A DNA stretch of 64,000 nt from Chiloscyllium plagiosum (lineage: Eukaryota): contig NC_057718.1 in the NCBI RefSeq assembly GCF_004010195.1, positions 63,140,225-63,204,224 on the forward strand, read 5' to 3'. Within the stretch, counting starts at the first letter, position 1. The number at the start of each line of letters is the position of its first letter. Shown piece by piece: positions 61,701 to 64,000 of the stretch. Under the pieces are notes generated by a model. The model was given only the letters and a program-made list of their open reading frames with translations. It had not been told where the DNA came from and did not search any database. The position numbers and the translations under genes are program-made.

Positions 61701-64000
61701 ATGGGCAGAAGTTCATCAAGTTGTATTGCCAGTGGACTATAGAAAGGAGTTGTTGCGGGTGGCGAATGAACTACCAGTGGGAGGTCATTTAGGGGTAAGA
61801 AAAACCCAAGCTAAAATACAAAAATATTTTTACTGGCCTGGACTGCACAAGGATGTTGTTGAATTTTACCAGACATGTTATACATGTCAGGTAATTGGAA
61901 AAACACAGGCAGTAATAAAATCTGCACCTTTAATACCTATTCCTGCATTTGACAGACCTTTTTACGAGGATCTTAATTAATTGCATAGGATCCCTACCTA
62001 AAACAAAAACTAGGAGTCAGTATTTATTAACAATAATGGATGTGTCCACTAGACTTTCAGAGGTTATTCCATTACACAATATCATAGCTAAAAGGATTTT
62101 ACAGGAGTTAGTCAAGTGCTTCACTAAATAAGGACTACCCACAGGGATATAATCAGATCAATGGTTAAACTTTATATCAAAATTATTCAAGGAAGTTATG
62201 GACAGCTCAGGAATAAAACAATTCAAATCTACTGCATACCATCCAGAATCGCAGGGAGCGCTAGGAGGTGGCATCAGACATTAAAGACCATGTTGAGGGC
62301 TTATAGTCAAGACTATCCATTTGATTGGGATAAAGGAATTCCATTTGTACTTTTTTGCGATCAGAGATGCACCAAATGAATCGACTAAATTGAGTCCATT
62401 TAAATTAGGTTTTGGGCATGAAGTGAGAGGACATTTAAAATTGATTAAGGAGAAATTGGTAAGTTATAATTCAGAGACCACATATTTGGATTGTGTGTCA
62501 GATTTAAGGGCGTGATTAAATAGAGCTGGGGAGGGTGTTAGCTACACAGCATTTAAAAGTACCACAGTATACAATGAAATGGGAAGCAGACAGGAATTAA
62601 AAACTCACAATTTTGCTATTAGAGATAAGATGTTAGTGTTACTTCCAGTGGTAGGTGAACCTTTAAAAGCAAGGTTTAGTGGACCTTACCAAGTCGAAAG
62701 GAGATTGAGTGAAGTGAACTATTTGATAAGGACTCAAGACATAAAGAAACCTCACAGGGTATGTCATGTGAATATGCTTAAAAGGTATTTTTACAGGGAA
62801 GGAAAGCCAAAGGAGACTGTGTTATTGGTTACAACACAGAGTGAAAACCAAGTTTATAAGATTCTGAATTGGACATTCCTCAAATTAAGTTGGGCAATGA
62901 GGAGCTTGTCAAAAATTGGCATACATTTTTGAGTTACCTTCCAGAGGAGAATCAAAATAACCTGAAAGAGTTATTGCTCACACAGGGAGATATGTGGAAA
63001 TAAGCTGGGTAGTACTAACCTAATTATGCATGATGTAGATATAGGAAATGCTGTTCCAATTAAACAACTTTAGAAGGCATAACCTTCTAAAGTTGGCACA
63101 GGTTGAAAAGGAGTTTGAACGCATGCTCCAAGGCGACATAATTGAAGTGAGTTACAGTGACTAGAGCTCACCTATAGTAATGGTGCTAAAGCCACATGGT
63201 ACCTAGTGGTTATGTGTGGACTATTGCAAAGTCAATGCAGTTACAAAAACTGATGCATATCCAATTCTACATTTGGAAGACTGTGTTGAAAAGGTGGGAA
63301 AGCAACTTACATTTCTAAATTGGACTTGCTCAGAGGATATTGACAGGTACCTTTGTCCAAAAGAGCAAAGACTATTTCAGTTTTCGTAACACTAAACGGA
63401 ATATATCATTTTAAAGTCATGCCGTTTGGTATGAAAAATGCACCAGCCGCATTTCAAAGACTAACCGATAAGGTAATTTCCGGGTTACCCAATTGTGTCA
63501 CGTGTATAGATGACCAATGATTTTTAGTCTAATGTAGAAGGAACATTTGCAAGTTTATCAGAATTATTTGATGGACTTCAGGAGGCAGGCTTGGTGATAA
63601 ACCTGGTTAAAAGTAAATTTGCAATGCCCAAGTCACCTTCCTGGGCCATGTTATTGGACATGGAGAAACAACCCCATGGAATGCAAAAACAATGGTAATC
63701 GGGGAATTTCCCATGCCATCGACAAAAAGAGCAGTACTATGATTCCTGTGATTGACTGGATTTTATTGGATATTCATACTAAATTTTAGCATTGTGGCTG
63801 CTCCACTCACTGAATTACTAAAGAAAGGCAAGAAGTTTCAGTGGATAGCAGACTGTCAGAAGGCATTTGACAGTCTGAAAGCTGTTCTAATCACTGCACC
63901 AATGTTAGCCACACCTAATTACACAAAGCCATTCAAGATGGCTATCGATGCGAGTGATGTGGGTGTCGGTGCTGTGCTCTTACAGGAAGATAATGGGAAG
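58786..64000 (+). mobile_element. Decayed Ty3/gypsy LTR retrotransposon of Gmr1 type (gag-PR-IN-RT-RH), runs off the window
   Basis: gag from ~58928, LPKFDEKDMEAFFLSFEQ; CFHCNKVGHLKSQC 60268-60309; ILRDTESS; GHLGVRKT..CYTC integrase 61660-62790; RT LCVDY, LDLLRGY, MPFGMKNAPAAFQRL, CIDD; RNase H IDASDVGVGAVLLQE; many stops and frameshifts. Confidence 0.9.
61097..61603. mobile_element. Composite insert in the LTR element (CR1 3' end + Penelope GIY-YIG scrap + poly(A)-ended segment)
   Basis: (catagaa)x4 CR1 tail to ~61340, PVAQHFNSLSHSAEDMEVLGL (minus) 61341-61427, A-rich tail 61564-61603. Confidence 0.7.

Overview
Vertebrate genomic DNA, almost certainly from a shark (HE1-type tRNA SINEs, HER1/CR1 LINEs), with two N gaps (6392-7027, 42009-42998). 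Bases 1-27.5 kb hold the 5' half of exportin-1 (XPO1/CRM1) on the minus strand. Nine coding exons (residues 1-296) have canonical GT-AG sites and consistent phases, and there is a probable 5'UTR first exon and a CpG-rich promoter near 27 kb. The gene continues beyond the left edge. The remaining ~36 kb is decayed, nested transposons: CR1/HER1, L2, L1, Tx1-like, pogo, Harbinger and a Gmr1-type LTR element with integrase before RT. The most notable observations are: (1) a 1.4-kb fold-back Penelope-like insertion in XPO1 intron 6 with a minimal hammerhead ribozyme at each end; (2) a dispersed ~125-nt non-coding hammerhead-bearing retroelement, one copy with an intact core and a 10-bp TSD; (3) candidate regulatory XPO1 exons, namely a PTC-containing poison-like cassette in intron 3 and a 5'UTR cassette that creates a uORF stopping 3 nt before the main ATG. 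All calls were made by eye and no searches were run.
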